Of a DNA stretch of 64,000 nucleotides, positions 50,107 to 62,960 are shown piece by piece. Under the pieces are notes generated by a model. That model did not search any database, was not told the origin of the DNA, and saw nothing but the letters and a program-made list of their open reading frames with translations. The stretch is from Balanoglossus misakiensis. Its lineage: Eukaryota > Animalia > Hemichordata. The stretch spans positions 3,271,943 through 3,335,942 of the forward strand of contig CM082595.2 of the NCBI GenBank assembly GCA_040954595.2. Direction: 5' to 3'. How positions within the stretch are numbered: the stretch's first letter is position 1; each line of letters begins with the position of its first letter. A program made the position numbers and the translations under genes.

Positions 50107-51403
50107 ATGATTTTCAGAATTTTATCTGCGGTGCTGGTGGTATTAAGTTTTGGTGTGATTCTTCCACAATGTAGGTAACATAACCTTTATGCATTTCTAA
50201 GTTTCAATGCATTATCGTTTTGTTCTTATATGACGGATTATGCCTTTCCAGGAGACTGAGCTTGACCGACAGTTGATTAAGTGTAGGCACCCATAAAGTA
50301 ACTTGTTGACATTTAAATGTACAGCAACGATCAAATACGTCTGTATATACCCATTAATTAGCTCATTTAAATGGACCAATCTAAGTTTGAAAGTAAAAAC
50401 CATGAAAATATTGCGTAAAAAATGGCAGCTCATCGGGGCTTTAATGTGAACGTCTGCGCAGGCGCGGCCCAACAGCGTTGTCCGGACCTGTGGATCGAAT
50501 GGCAAGACAATTGTTACCGACTCTTCGATTGTAAAGTGGAGTGGACCTACGCGCAGGCCGAGTGCAACGTCATCAGTTCCCTTAGCAACCTGGTGTCCAT
50601 CCACAGCGTCCAGGAGAACGACTTTGTCTTCAGTCTGCAGGGTGGGTCTAACGATGTCTGGATAGGGCTGAACGACAGAGTCGCAGTGAGTAGTCGGTAG
50701 AAGTAAAATTCACTTTCCAAAAATCTCATGATGACGTCATGGTATATTATAGCACACATTGTCATTGTACACGTTACATCAATAGAAGGGCGTGTGTTGA
50801 TCTATGGCAATTCAAGATTCAGCACATTTAATTGGAATAAATAAATTGTAAATATAAATCTCATGGAATGGAGATACTGAATCCATGGCTTCATTTCCCC
50901 ATCTCTCTACCGTGTCTGGCAAAAAGGAAAATGTTTATGAGTGGACGGACGGCACCCCTTTCGATTACAGCATATGGCAACCCGGTGAGCCCAACAACAG
51001 CTGTGGATTGTTGTGTGAAGAATCTTGTGTTGAAATGCAAGTCACCGGTGATTACGGCAAGTAGACATGCTATCTGTCTTTTTTATTGGGGGGGGGGGGG
51101 TATGTGCTTCTTTTGGAGTCTCACTGTTTGTAGTATGCCAGTTCTTCTATCTATCTGTCTGTCTGTTGTCTGCCTGCCTGTCTTTCTGTCTGTTGTCTGC
51201 CTGCCTGCCTGCCTGCCTGCCTGTCTGTCTATTGTCTGCCTGCCTGCCTGTCTGCCTGCCTATGTGTCTGTCTCTCTGTTGCCTAATTCTTTGATTTTTC
51301 CATTCTCATTGCAGCCGATAGATGGAATGACGAAGACTGTGAAGCTGTGAGACGTTACATGTGTAAAATGCCCGCTATCGACCCACCAGCTCAGAAAGAT
51401 TAG
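50107..51403 (+). CDS. Secreted C-type lectin 5 (EPN / WND, extra CxxxC)
   Basis: MIFRILSAVLVVLSFGVIL; RCPDLWIEWQDNCYRLFDC...VWIGLND; WTDGTPFDYSIWQPGEPNNSCGLLCEESCV with a probable GC donor at 51057; RWNDEDCEAVRRYMCKMP...*. Confidence 0.87.
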
Positions 51404-51940
51404 GCGAATTTGTAAGTTTATTTTATCGTCTCGAACAACTCTCTTTACTTTGTAACTTTTCTCTCGTTTAACATGATAGGCCTTGTGTTGTTTGTCCTGC
51501 AGTATACGCGTTGATAGAAATACAATTTCTTGTTTTCAGACTATGTCTCAGATTCCTCGCCAGTTTGACAAGCTGACCCAGAGGCGTGCTTTGCTGAAGA
51601 CGAATGGAAGACTTGAAATGTTTCAGTTTTGGAATTTTGTTGATTTTCGTCGAAATAAAACGGGCAATCTGAAGTGTTATTAGATTATGCCCATTGATAA
51701 ACAGCCTTATTTTTGTTTTCATTAAAACGTCCTGAAATTACATCCTTATTAAGACGATTACGGCATTAATAGATAAGGTAGTTGTTTATAGACTTTCGGC
51801 ATGTGCGAAAATTCTCTGGCTTGTCACGTGACTCACGCGAAGGACAATCTTCTGGGGGTATTTCGTGTGTTTAAACTTGCTGTGGCTGGAGTTTGAACAC
51901 ATTTCATCGACCGAGGAGAGTCTACATTATCACGTTAAAG

Positions 51941-52958
51941 ATGTACAAGTTATTGGGTCTTCTGGTCATTATATGGGAGGTTGGTGCCGTCTACGTGCAT
52001 GATGATGGAGAATGTAAGTTCTTGTTTTCTTGCTCTTTGTCACAAAATCGCCAGTACAAACATTACAGTGGCAACATTCAGAACCTCCACCTTTATTAAC
52101 TTTCTCTCTCTTTCAGATACCGTCTCCTCCGTCTGCCCAGAATACTGGTATCCATTCAAAGACAGCTGCTACAGGTTCTTCGACTGGGAGGTGAACTGGT
52201 CCTTGGCAGAAGCAGAGTGTATGCTCCACGGTCCAGACTCCCATCTGGTCTCTATCCACAGCGTCGATGAGAACGACTTTGTCTTTGCTTTCCAAGGAGG
52301 TTACAACGACCTGTGGCTCGGACTAACAGATGCTTCCCAGGTATGTCCTCAACACAGGTGCCTGAAAATAATGACATGGCTGGAATCGCCTCTGTTGTAT
52401 ACGACAGTATCATTCCCAAGTACAATGTACCTGTTTATTCAGTACATTATGCTCTTAGTCAATTCATGGCGTGTCTCGTGGTATGATTTTATGACGTACG
52501 ATTCTGTATAATTAGTCTCGAAATGTCCGGTAGGTACTAGAATCAAATTGACGTGATTCACTTGTCTGCTTGTTGTAGGAGGGAACTTTCCACTGGTCCG
52601 ATGGCTCGCCGTTTGATTACTACATCTGGCAGCCGGAGCAACCAGACAACGACTGTGGTCTGTTTTGTTCTGAAGAGTGCGTAGAAATGGCCGCATGGAG
52701 AGATTTCTGTAAGTAGTTTATAATCTAAGACATTCATACGAACAGTTTTCCTGGGATGAGTCTGGTCAGTCACGTGGTGAGATTACTAGTTGGGAATCTG
52801 TTACTTCAGCAAATGCCAATAAAGCCAGTATATTTTTGGCGGTCGTTCGAAGGGTCTAATTTTGTAAACTATTGTCTTTTACAGCCGATAGATGGAACGA
52901 CCAAAGTTGCGACCAAGACCGGAGATTTATCTGTAAACAACCACAATATTTACAGTGA
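51941..52958 (+). CDS. Secreted C-type lectin 6 (QPD / WND, extra CxxxC)
   Basis: MYKLLGLLVIIWEVGA; VCPEYWYPFKDSCYRFF...LWLGLTD; WSDGSPFDYYIWQPEQPDNDCGLFCSEECV; RWNDQSCDQDRRFICKQPQYLQ*. Confidence 0.9.
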
Positions 52959-53646
52959 AGTGATTAATCAGGTATCAAAACATAATCCTGTGACTTTATG
53001 CAAAACACAAATGTGCAAAGGAAACACTATCTCCAGGTACCTTTCTACGTCATGCCACTGTCGTATAATACGAATGCACACCTCTTTACGGTAACGCATG
53101 CGCAGATTTTGCAAAATATGGGCAGTCATTTTCATGTCAGTGTTATCTAAATTTACCTGATCTCTTATATATTTCAGGAAACAAATGAGACGGTTATGGT
53201 GAGCATTGGACTCGTTATCCTGGCAAGAGGGTCACTGCCTTCAAAATTATCTTTAATTCCTTCAAGATGGTGTCCAGTATACACCGGCACCTTTAAAGCC
53301 TTCAATTTGTTTGTGATTTTTGTTTTCGAAACGGTAAATAAACGTGACTCATGTTGAAATGTGTGTTTGTGTGAGGCTTCTGAGTACGTTTACTGATATG
53401 TATACTTAATGAGCGCAGAATAATTTTCACATGACGAGCAAACATAACACGAACAAACATAATCAAGTTCTCGTCACAAGATGGCGGCCGTGCCTCTTTT
53501 TGAAATTCGCGTTGCATGGTTGCCAGGTGAACCAATAACACGGCAGGTATCTATGCGGGTCACTCCATCAATCAGTAGTATTCGACGTGGAAAGATTCGC
53601 GTTTGGCAAAACGTTTTTCGCAGTCATTGATCGAACCCTAAACGTC

Positions 53647-54986
53647 ATGACTATGCTACGAATCGCAGGGACTGCACTGATATTGTTCATTTTCAAAGTG
53701 AGTGTTGCACAGTCTCGTGGTAAGTACATTTTTTTTCAAAAAATCCTACAATCAATATTTAGAAGATGTGCGCAGAACACATGTTTGTTTCTACGTGTAT
53801 TGGTGCCATTCATCGTGGATAATATTTGAAAATGTGAGACCTACATTATCAATTCCGCAACTGTGGTTTTCCCACCCGTTTGTTTTAAAGTTGATATCCA
53901 AACCAAACTGACGCGATAGCAAATGACCAAACAATTGAAGATAACTACTTGTATCTTGCAAAAAGTACATGTATGTCCAGTTTATCGTCTGCGTATGCCC
54001 TAGTTTCAGACACAACACAAGAAATGAACCCAGTTTTTTGACAGAACAAAATTGTCTCAAATTCGAAATTCAAAATGGCCGCCAATCTCTGCGTTAAGTC
54101 TATGGAGTTTTGAAGTACTAGTAGCTATTTTCATAACAACATTACAAGACAGTGTTGAACACCTAGTTTTCTTCTTCTCTTTCAACAAGCTATGTTTTTT
54201 GTAATTTTGACAGATTTTCAGACTACAAACGCAACAACATGCCCTGACTTGTGGTACCCCTACGAAAGCTTCTGCTATCGTTTCTTCGCATGCCAGTTGC
54301 AGTGGCAAGACGCCGAGAACAAGTGCACCGAGCAGGGACCCTCGTCGCATCTGGCATCCATCCACGACGCTGGGGAGAATGACTTCGTGTTCGCCTTCCA
54401 GGGCGGGTCTGGGAACCTGTGGTTGGGCCTGAACGACCAGGCATCGGTTGGTATCAGGGGTATTAGTGAGAACTTTGGGAGGTTCGCTCTTGGTTTCTTG
54501 ACTGTATGGTTGTCGAGTAAGTATAGTTGTATAAATGGTGGTCAACTGAACACATCTCCGCATGCTCATTTCTGTTTCCCGCCATAGGAGGGCAACTACG
54601 TTTGGTCAGATGGATCAGCGCGGGATTATTTCAGATGGCATGCCGGAGAACCTAACAACAACTGCGGAGTGAGCTGCTCAGAAAACTGTGTGGAAATCGC
54701 CGTCAGGGAAGACTTCTGTAAGCTTTCTTCCTTTACTCCAATCGATCCACATCAACTGATTTTGCGTGGAGCATGCAGATGTGGATAATTGAAATGAAAT
54801 GTGACCACCAGCTCCAACAAAGGGTGATTCTAGTTAACATCTTTAGCCACATGTATTACATGTACTAGACATTCCGCGAATCATAAAAACATGTTTATTT
54901 ATTCTCTTTTGATTTTAGCTGACAAGTGGAACGATAATGAATGCAGTGTGGGAAACAGATTTGTCTGTAAGCAGCCTATGGTCTAG
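53647..54986 (+). CDS. Secreted C-type lectin 7 (EPN / WND, extra CxxxC)
   Basis: MTMLRIAGTALILFIFKVSVA; TCPDLWYPYESFCYRFFAC...LWLGLND; WSDGSARDYFRWHAGEPNNNCGVSCSENCV; KWNDNECSVGNRFVCKQPMV*. Confidence 0.9.
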
Positions 54987-55497
54987 AACATCTTCCTTGC
55001 TTCAGTCCAATGAACATAAACTTATATTAAACAGAAATGATTGTCATGTGATAAATTGAAAACCAATAAAGGGAGATTTCTCACAAATAAAAACAAACTG
55101 GTATTGCATTGTGTATCAAACACTTCTGAAGTGTCTCTCCACATAAACAAGTCCCATGACAGACCATTTTTCGAATTCCACGAGAACCTTCGAGATCTCG
55201 CGTTGAGTGTGTCACAGGACGGCCCATCGTGTTAACCGGCCCAAAAGTTGACTTTTATAACTTGGCTAGCAACCCGTTGTTACGGTAATTAACAAAGTCT
55301 CGAGAGACCTCGCAATCGGAGAAAAATCATCTATTGGCGTGTGCCCTATCCATCATGTCATTTATCAAAGAGGTTATCAATATTAGACTAGTCATCATTC
55401 ATGACCTCATGATGGGGTGACTCGCTTGAAATGTAAAGCAAGCGATAAGCTAACTACAGCATTACAGCCGGGGTATAATACGCCCAAAGGTTTCAAT

Positions 55498-56876
55498 ATG
55501 GCGTTCAAAGTGATCCTTGCTGCTTTGTTGGCCAGCGTCGCCAATGCAGTCATAACAGGCGAAGATGGTAAGTACCTGTACTTAACTTTGGTCTCGGTAC
55601 AAATCATTTTTCGCGCGAAAATAAAATTTTAACGTAGGCCTACAGTCCGATATACTCATTCCATCGAAAATATGAATGCTTCGGTCATCGGATCTGTAGA
55701 ATATTTTTTTCGCGAGTTAATTTGTGATTACCAACGCTTTCAAGCCACAACTGTCCTGTATGACTTTCAAGTCGTGTTTTTTCTTTTAATATTTACAGTT
55801 GGTACATATGCTACATGTCCGGACTTGTGGTCCATAAACAATGGCTACTGTTACCGTCTCATTGCCTGTGAACTGCCTTACGTACAGGCGGAGGCTGAGT
55901 GCAAGCTTTTTGGCGCCGACTCGCATCTGGCGTCGATACACAGCGAGGAAGAGAATGATTTTGTATTCACCTATCAGGGTGGATTTGTAAACATGTGGAT
56001 AGGACTGGACGACAACAGACAGGTCAGTGTGTAAACGATAAGCTTTCTGTGACTACTGTCTGTTTTAACTTTGATATATGGTGGGTGCCACAAGTGGGAC
56101 AGGGTACGCTAACTATTTTCTTTACACCTTATAAAGGGGTATCTTTCTTTCTTTCGTGTTTTTGCAACTGCTCTGTGTGCTCTATTGGTTGTCTGTGCGT
56201 CTTTTAATCACTTCCGGGTTATCTCATCCACAGCCAAACGTCTACGAATGGATTGATGGCTCCCCTTGGGATTATTCGAACTGGCACACTGGACAGCCGA
56301 ACCCTGACTGTGGACTTCTCTGCGAGGGGCATTGTGCCCAATTCGACGTGCAGAGCGAAGCATGTAAGTGACATTAAAGCACGTTTTGGCAAATCCACCC
56401 AGTACATTCTGGCACAGGCAAAGGAAGTAAAAATCTCCGCCATCTTGGTTTGGGGTGCATTGTGGGTAATATATATTATAATAATGTACGCATAGATGGC
56501 AGTCCGGACGCAAATCGTTTTTTGGATTCTTCTTTGAAGGTTTCGGTTAAAATTATGAAAACTGTGTGTCTCTGCTTGCAACTGATATTTTTGTGATAAA
56601 TTATATTCCAGATACCAAGTGGAGCCTTGATGATTGTAACTCTGCGAAAATGTTTGTGTGTAAACAACCGGCCATGGTCGTCACAAAGGTATTTAACGCG
56701 CATGCACCGTCTCGTATGCAGTTTCTGACGAATAAGTGACGTCACTGCAAGTATTCTGTCGTCAGCCCAATTATTTTCTGCGCAGTAGTCACTAGATACA
56801 TTCTGATGTTTTTCGGTATATGGAAGGGTACCCATATTTTAAATTCCTCTCATGCAATATTTCTCTGCAGAAATGA
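55498..56876 (+). CDS. Secreted C-type lectin-like protein 8 (QPN / WSL, degenerate sugar site); 3' end uncertain
   Basis: MAFKVILAALLASVANA; TCPDLWSINNGYCYRLIAC...MWIGLDD; WIDGSPWDYSNWHTGQPNPDCGLLCEGHCA; KWSLDDCNSAKMFVCKQP. Ends either by read-through to TGA near 56739 or via a tiny last exon AAA TGA at 56871-56876. Confidence 0.82.
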
Positions 56877-57615
56877 AGAATCCTGTGATACGATAATCTC
56901 ATGGAAATGAAATGGTCTCCAGATGAGTTTGTCCCCAGACATGGCAACCATCGTCTTGTTGCATGTCATACAATTTTGTGAAGGGTACTCCCTCTTAAAA
57001 TCTGCTATAGAATTCTATTTTGATTCTCCAAATAAAACCTCAAGCTGATGGAAGTACACTGCTTAATTCTGTTTTGGTAGAATGTTGGGGTGTATTTTTG
57101 GTTTTGGAACACGATTTACCTCTTACCTATAGTGTGTGGTGGGAAATTGTCTGATACTCTGCTATCTGTGGGAAGAAGGCACACATTTCCACCTGTGTCA
57201 AAGCGACAAAACTTTTAGCTGAAATCAGCTTAGCCTAATCCGGTAGTAGGCCTATCTCACATCGGTTACGTCACAGTCACAGGCAGACTGGAAAGCTCCT
57301 TGACGTTCTCGCGATTGGCCCGTTTTAGATAAAGTGTTATTTTTAGAATCAGGCGTGGAAAAAAAGAAAAAATAGACAATATTGATGTCATTATTTCCAG
57401 TGGATTGTTAGAAGAAAGGTAAGCTATTGATTTCGTTTGTGTTTCTTTAATAATTATTCAGTTAGCTAAGAAAAAATCGCTATGTGATCCCCACCCTTCG
57501 TTCACCGTGGTGTAAAATTCACTTTTTCTGTTGTCTTATATACAATTATAATCGTACTGACCTTACGATTTTTTACACAACCTTTCTTTGCCCTAAGAGA
57601 GAAGATAGTGACGTC

Positions 57616-58462
57616 ATGGTTTTTAAAACCGTCATCCTCCTGTGTGGTTTTGTGGCTTATGCAGGTAATGAAAAAATATAACATCGGATTCGAACACGAC
57701 TGTTTTTTTGTCTGTCTGTCTGTCTGTCTGTCTGTACGTACATACGTACGTACATACATGTTTAACTTTAATTAATTGTAAACTCTTTCTTTTTATCCAG
57801 CCTCCCAAACAAGCTGTCCAAGCACTTGGGAGTCCTTCGGAGCCAGTTGCTATGCATTTATGGACATGAAATATGATTGGACGAAAGCTGAGTCTTTTTG
57901 CAAAAGTCTTGGTGGCCATTTGGTGTCTATTCACAGTCGGCAAGAAAATGAGTTCGTCAGTAGTCTGTTGCCGTCGACGCAATCTATTTGGCTTGGTTTG
58001 AACGACAAAGATTGGGTAAGATATGTCATGCAATTCCATTGTTTTCCATTGTTGCTGTTGTTGCTGTTCTTAAAATCCCTAACCCTAAATTTTTCAGGAG
58101 ACGGAATTTCTGTGGAGCGATGGTAGCAGTCTTGTGTATTCAAACTGGGCCAACGGCCAACCAGACGACAGAAGGGGACAGGACTGTGTAGCAATGGATC
58201 CCTCGCTGACTCAAGGTTGGTCAAAGTTCATGTAGTCGTTGTCGAAGACCTGTATTTTAGACTTTAAGTTTGTTTGTTTGGTTGGCTGCCTGGTTGGTTG
58301 GTTCTTGGGTGGAATCAACCAACCAACCAACCAACCAACCAACCAACCAATAAATCAATCAAATCTTTTCTTTTCTTTTCTACTTTGTCCATCACAGCCA
58401 CACTCTGGGATGATGAAGATTGTGCCGATACCTATACATTCGTCTGCAAGATGACAATCTAG
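57616..58462 (+). CDS. Secreted C-type lectin 9 (QPD / WDD)
   Basis: MVFKTVILLCGFVAYA; SCPSTWESFGASCYAF...IWLGLNDKDW; WSDGSSLVYSNWANGQPDDRRGQDCV; LWDDEDCADTYTFVCKMTI*. Confidence 0.9.
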
Positions 58463-59182
58463 ACTATACATGTCAAAAAAGCTCGAGTGTTAAAATTTTG
58501 CTGTGGTATTTTAAACATCATCAGCTCATGATCATTAAAGATATAAAAACATATCTGTGCTATCGATTCTTTTTTTTTGGAAGTAAAATTAGCATTTCAA
58601 TGGAGATTTTCGTTCTTTGCGAGGTCTCGCGAGACTGTGATCGAGAGACTTGTTGGATTTTGCATGCAATGCAAATATGCATGGAAACGGCGATATCATC
58701 GGCAGTACCAAATTATTTGCGTACAGCATATACCAGTATACAGATATCTCTTTTTCTGTCAAACTGTGCGGGGTAGGCCTATACGTTGTTTACCGTGTGA
58801 AAGAGGTCGGTTGTCCGTTATCCCAGCAACTGATAGTAGGACCCAGATACCGCAGACGATATCAGAGGTAAGTTTGTCAAAGATAATTATTGTATTTGGC
58901 ACAACAAAAATCAGCAGTTTTAAGCATATCAAATATCATGTGTCTATCTGTCTGTCTGTCTATCTGTCAGTTTGTTTGTTTGTTTGTTTATTGTCGTTTG
59001 GTCATGCTTGCGTTTTGATAAGTCAAACGAAGCTGTTCATTAGTCATATTTATCAAATGGGAACATCGACACAGCTGCTTCAAATAAACTAGGTACACAC
59101 GCCCTGAGCTGTGTTCATTTTGTGTCCGTCTGTCTTTTACATCGCCAGCTTTTCACATTCATCACAGGACCAGCACTTCAAA

Positions 59183-60288
59183 ATGTGGTTGTCGTTGATG
59201 TTTTTGGCCATATTGGCCTACGCTCAAGGCCAACTTACAGGTATTTGTGCCATTTGGATGGCCTTATTCGGCAGAAATTCATTGTAACCAATTTCTGCCC
59301 TATCAGTGTCGTAAATCTAATTTATCTGTTGTTGTTGTTTGTTGTTGTTGTTAAGATTGTCCAACCGATGGAGGCTGGGTGAAATGGAACCCTGTTGGAG
59401 GGGACTCTGCCTGTTACCGGTGCTTCACAACCCCAGAAGAGTGGGAGAAGGCGAACAACATTTGTAAACAATACAGCGGCTTTCTGGCGTCAATCCACAG
59501 CAAATCAGAGAACGACCAAATCCTGGAGGTCTGCCCGGGCACATACGATCTCTGGATCGGTTACAACGACAAAGACTGGGTAAGCATCGCTTGAGCAAAA
59601 CATGGCGGATTTTCGAATTGCTTGGCCGCATGCGATCGATTCTGTTCGTCATTTTTTAGTACAATATACATTTTTCATGCAGCGAAGAATTGAATTTTCC
59701 GCACCATGTGTACATGTGTCATAAAAAGCAAGAGGTGGAGTCATGCATGGGTCGTGAAAGTGCCCTATACGATCCACACACTTTGCCGCCCTGTGCGGGC
59801 GCTTCAGGTGACCCGTGACCTTCGAACCTGACCTCACCGTTTTACGGCAGTGGCAACTACAACATGGCGTACAGGTGTGTAGTATGTCCTACGTTTCGTG
59901 AAACTGAACGTACTTATATCTTCACAGTTTGGTACCTGGGTATGGGCTGACGGGACACCAGTTGAGTATACAAACTGGGATTCCGGTGAGCCGGATGGTG
60001 TCTCCAGAGGCATCGGAATTGGCGAGGAATTCATCCACTGTACGGCCCAGCGAAACGAAGGGATTCTTCCTGGCGGTAAGTGCCTATCACTATGGTGACG
60101 CGCAGAAAACGTGAACACAAAACCAACTTTCTTGTAGAAAGATTTGCATTAGACCATAGTTTAAATTAATGTGATAAACGGTGCCCTTTGTCTTTAAACA
60201 TATCTTTCTTTCCATAACAGGTAAAGGCTGGGAGGACGAAGATTGTACAGCCGAGAAGGCGTTTACATGCAAAGTAATGCTTGGCTAG
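59183..60288 (+). CDS. Secreted C-type lectin 10 (EPD / WED)
   Basis: MWLSLMFLAILAYAQG; CPTDGGWVKWNPVGGDSACYRCF...EVCPGTYDLWIGYND; WADGTPVEYTNWDSGEPDGVSRGIGIGEEFIHC; GWEDEDCTAEKAFTCKVMLG*. Confidence 0.9.
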
Positions 60289-61737
60289 TTTCAAGGTATT
60301 TATCCTAGATCCTGTGTTACCTTTAATGCCTGGTTATCTGAATGACTTCTTTGATGGTCGAACGTTGTACGTTCCAGACGGACGAATGTTTTCACAAAAA
60401 CTTAAAGCCCCAGTTCTATATCCCTAGGTTTCTTCTCAATAGACTCTTTCGTATGACAAATCAATACATTATGAGTTAGGTACCTAACAAGAAGCACGGT
60501 CATTTTTAATTTGCATAAATAATGTGCATATGTGGTTAATAATACGGATGTAAATTAAAGACTGTGTGGTGGCAAACATATTTCGTGGCCACCCAAGTGA
60601 AAGTCTGTGATTGGCTAGATCTGTGAATCATCTAAGGCATTTATTTGTAACATAGACTGGCTGGTAACAAATCGAGTAAGGCATAGAATTATTTATTTTT
60701 TGCATTTTTTTTATTATTTTATTATTATTTTTTATTTATTTTGTGATGTTTTCAGGTCCTGGAATCCACTTTGATGAGTTCTTCCGGCGACATCGACTGA
60801 CGTTTAGTACTAATTTAAAATCATATGTGATATAATAATAAATGAGATATCAACTTTCGTCTTTTGTTACCAACGTACAAAATGATTGGAAGGCCTTATA
60901 CTTAGTCCTTGTTACATCTGTTCAACTGTAAGCTATTTAATAAAGCAATAAACAAAAGAATTGATTTTACAACTCTATTTTGTTTTATTTATTTATTTAC
61001 TTTATATTTGTTTTTTATGTTTGTTTGTTTATTTATTTATTTATGTGTTTGCGATCCAAACCTAAAGATCCATGCAAAAATTACCACTGTATGATGGAAA
61101 ATTCAAAAATAGCCAATCACAGATTTTCACCAAGTACGCCACCACATGGTCATTCGGACACGTCCTTTTGACCATATATAGGCATATGTAAATTAGAGGT
61201 GACAAATTATGGTCCACGAGTGTCGATAACGCACATGACACCCAACGTTCGATTTACAAATGTATCAATATTCGTTGTCTTCTCAGCATACACCGCACGA
61301 CCTTGCCAAATTAGGACGCCGTATCAGCGGAACAGCGGGAACAACAAAAATCGATGGCTGAAAAAGATAAACCAGTTTTTTTTTTCATCGAAAACTCTGA
61401 TAAATGCGAACATTATATACACCTGTCCGGTACACACCCAGTTCCCCGGCCGGTCGATCGAACACAACGTAGCATTTATCACAGGTGAGTACCGTTGGTA
61501 GATGTAGTAAGTGCAGTAGTGTTTCCACGTGAAGTTGGTCCGTGCAACGCGTAGAGATTAGCAGCCACAATACGAAGGAATTTGAGACTGAATGTCAAAT
61601 GATCTAGAGTGCTATTAGCTCCTAATTATACGATATATTTTTGTTTTCGTTGGTTTTAGACTAGAGATAGGACTAACAATCCCATTTTTCCCTATCAGAT
61701 CGTCACCTCTCTACTGGTATTCGTGTCACACGTCAAA

Positions 61738-62929
61738 ATGTGGCTGTCGATGTTGTTTCTCTTGACATTGGGCTACGTTCAAGGTCAAGTTACAGGTAAT
61801 ATCCTTTTTGCCAACCTTTTAATCTATACCACTTTTGGCATGGTTCTAACTTCATGTCTTCGTAAATGGGGACCAGACTAGGTTTATTTTACATCGTGTT
61901 GTGCCTTGTTAGACTGCAAAGATTCGTCGCTCGAGGCGCTCTTTACCGAGAGGTGCCTCATCTCAACTCATCTCATCTCTTGTCGTTTTATCAGAATGCC
62001 CGACTGGATGGGAACAGTGGGCGCCAACTGGAGGTGATCCTGCCTGTTACCGTTGTTTCGAAAACGAGGAGGAGTGGGAGAAAGCCAACAACATTTGCAA
62101 GACGTACGGAGGATACCTGGCGTCCGTCCATAGTCGGTCAGAAAACGATCAAGTCGTGGGCGTCTGCGCGGGAGAATACAACCTCTGGATTGGATTTAAC
62201 GACAAGGCTTGGGTAAGACACGACCCTAAGATTATTCTCTTGCTATAGGTAAGGTATTTTGCTGTCCTTAAGACAGCCTGAGGCTGTAAACCAGTTTGAT
62301 TGTACTGTAAGTCCAATTTTCGGACGCACTGCGCATGCGAGATGACGCAAATTGGCATAACAGCGATCCAGCGCGTATATACTAGTATACCAGGCACTAA
62401 AATGATATCACGACGCAAGTAAAGCTGAAAATAGCTGGAAACATAGGTGGTATCCTCCACTTCATCGTGTTAATTCTGTAAGGCAAACGTGGGAAAGCCA
62501 TTGACAATACTATGAAACCGCAAACAGCGGGAAATAAACAGAGAGTCGGCCTACACTTTCAAGATTCAGAGGATGACGATACTTTCGCAAGTACAAGTAA
62601 TATTGTTTCGTGTTGTTGTTGTTGACGTTGTTGACCACAGGAAGGTGACTGGGTGTGGTCAGATCAATCATCTGTTGTTTACACCAACTGGGATTCAGGG
62701 GAACCTGACACTTCATCCAGTGGTCTTATTGACACCGACGTGCACTGTGCTCTTCAGCGTAATGAAGGAGCACTGCCGGGCGTAGGTTAGCATGACTATA
62801 AAGTGGCTGTTGTTGGGTTGACTGTAAACTGGTGGCGGATGATGGTGACTGTACGTTAAATAGTCAGTTGTGTGTTGTTGTTGTTGTTGTTGGTGTTGTT
62901 GTTGTTGTTGTTGTTGTTGTTGGTGGTGG

Positions 62930-62960
<31 letters not shown>

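Noticed and set aside
43490-57340. GATA-like motifs upstream of several lectin genes
   Set aside because: Short motifs in AT-rich DNA that cannot be distinguished from background by eye.
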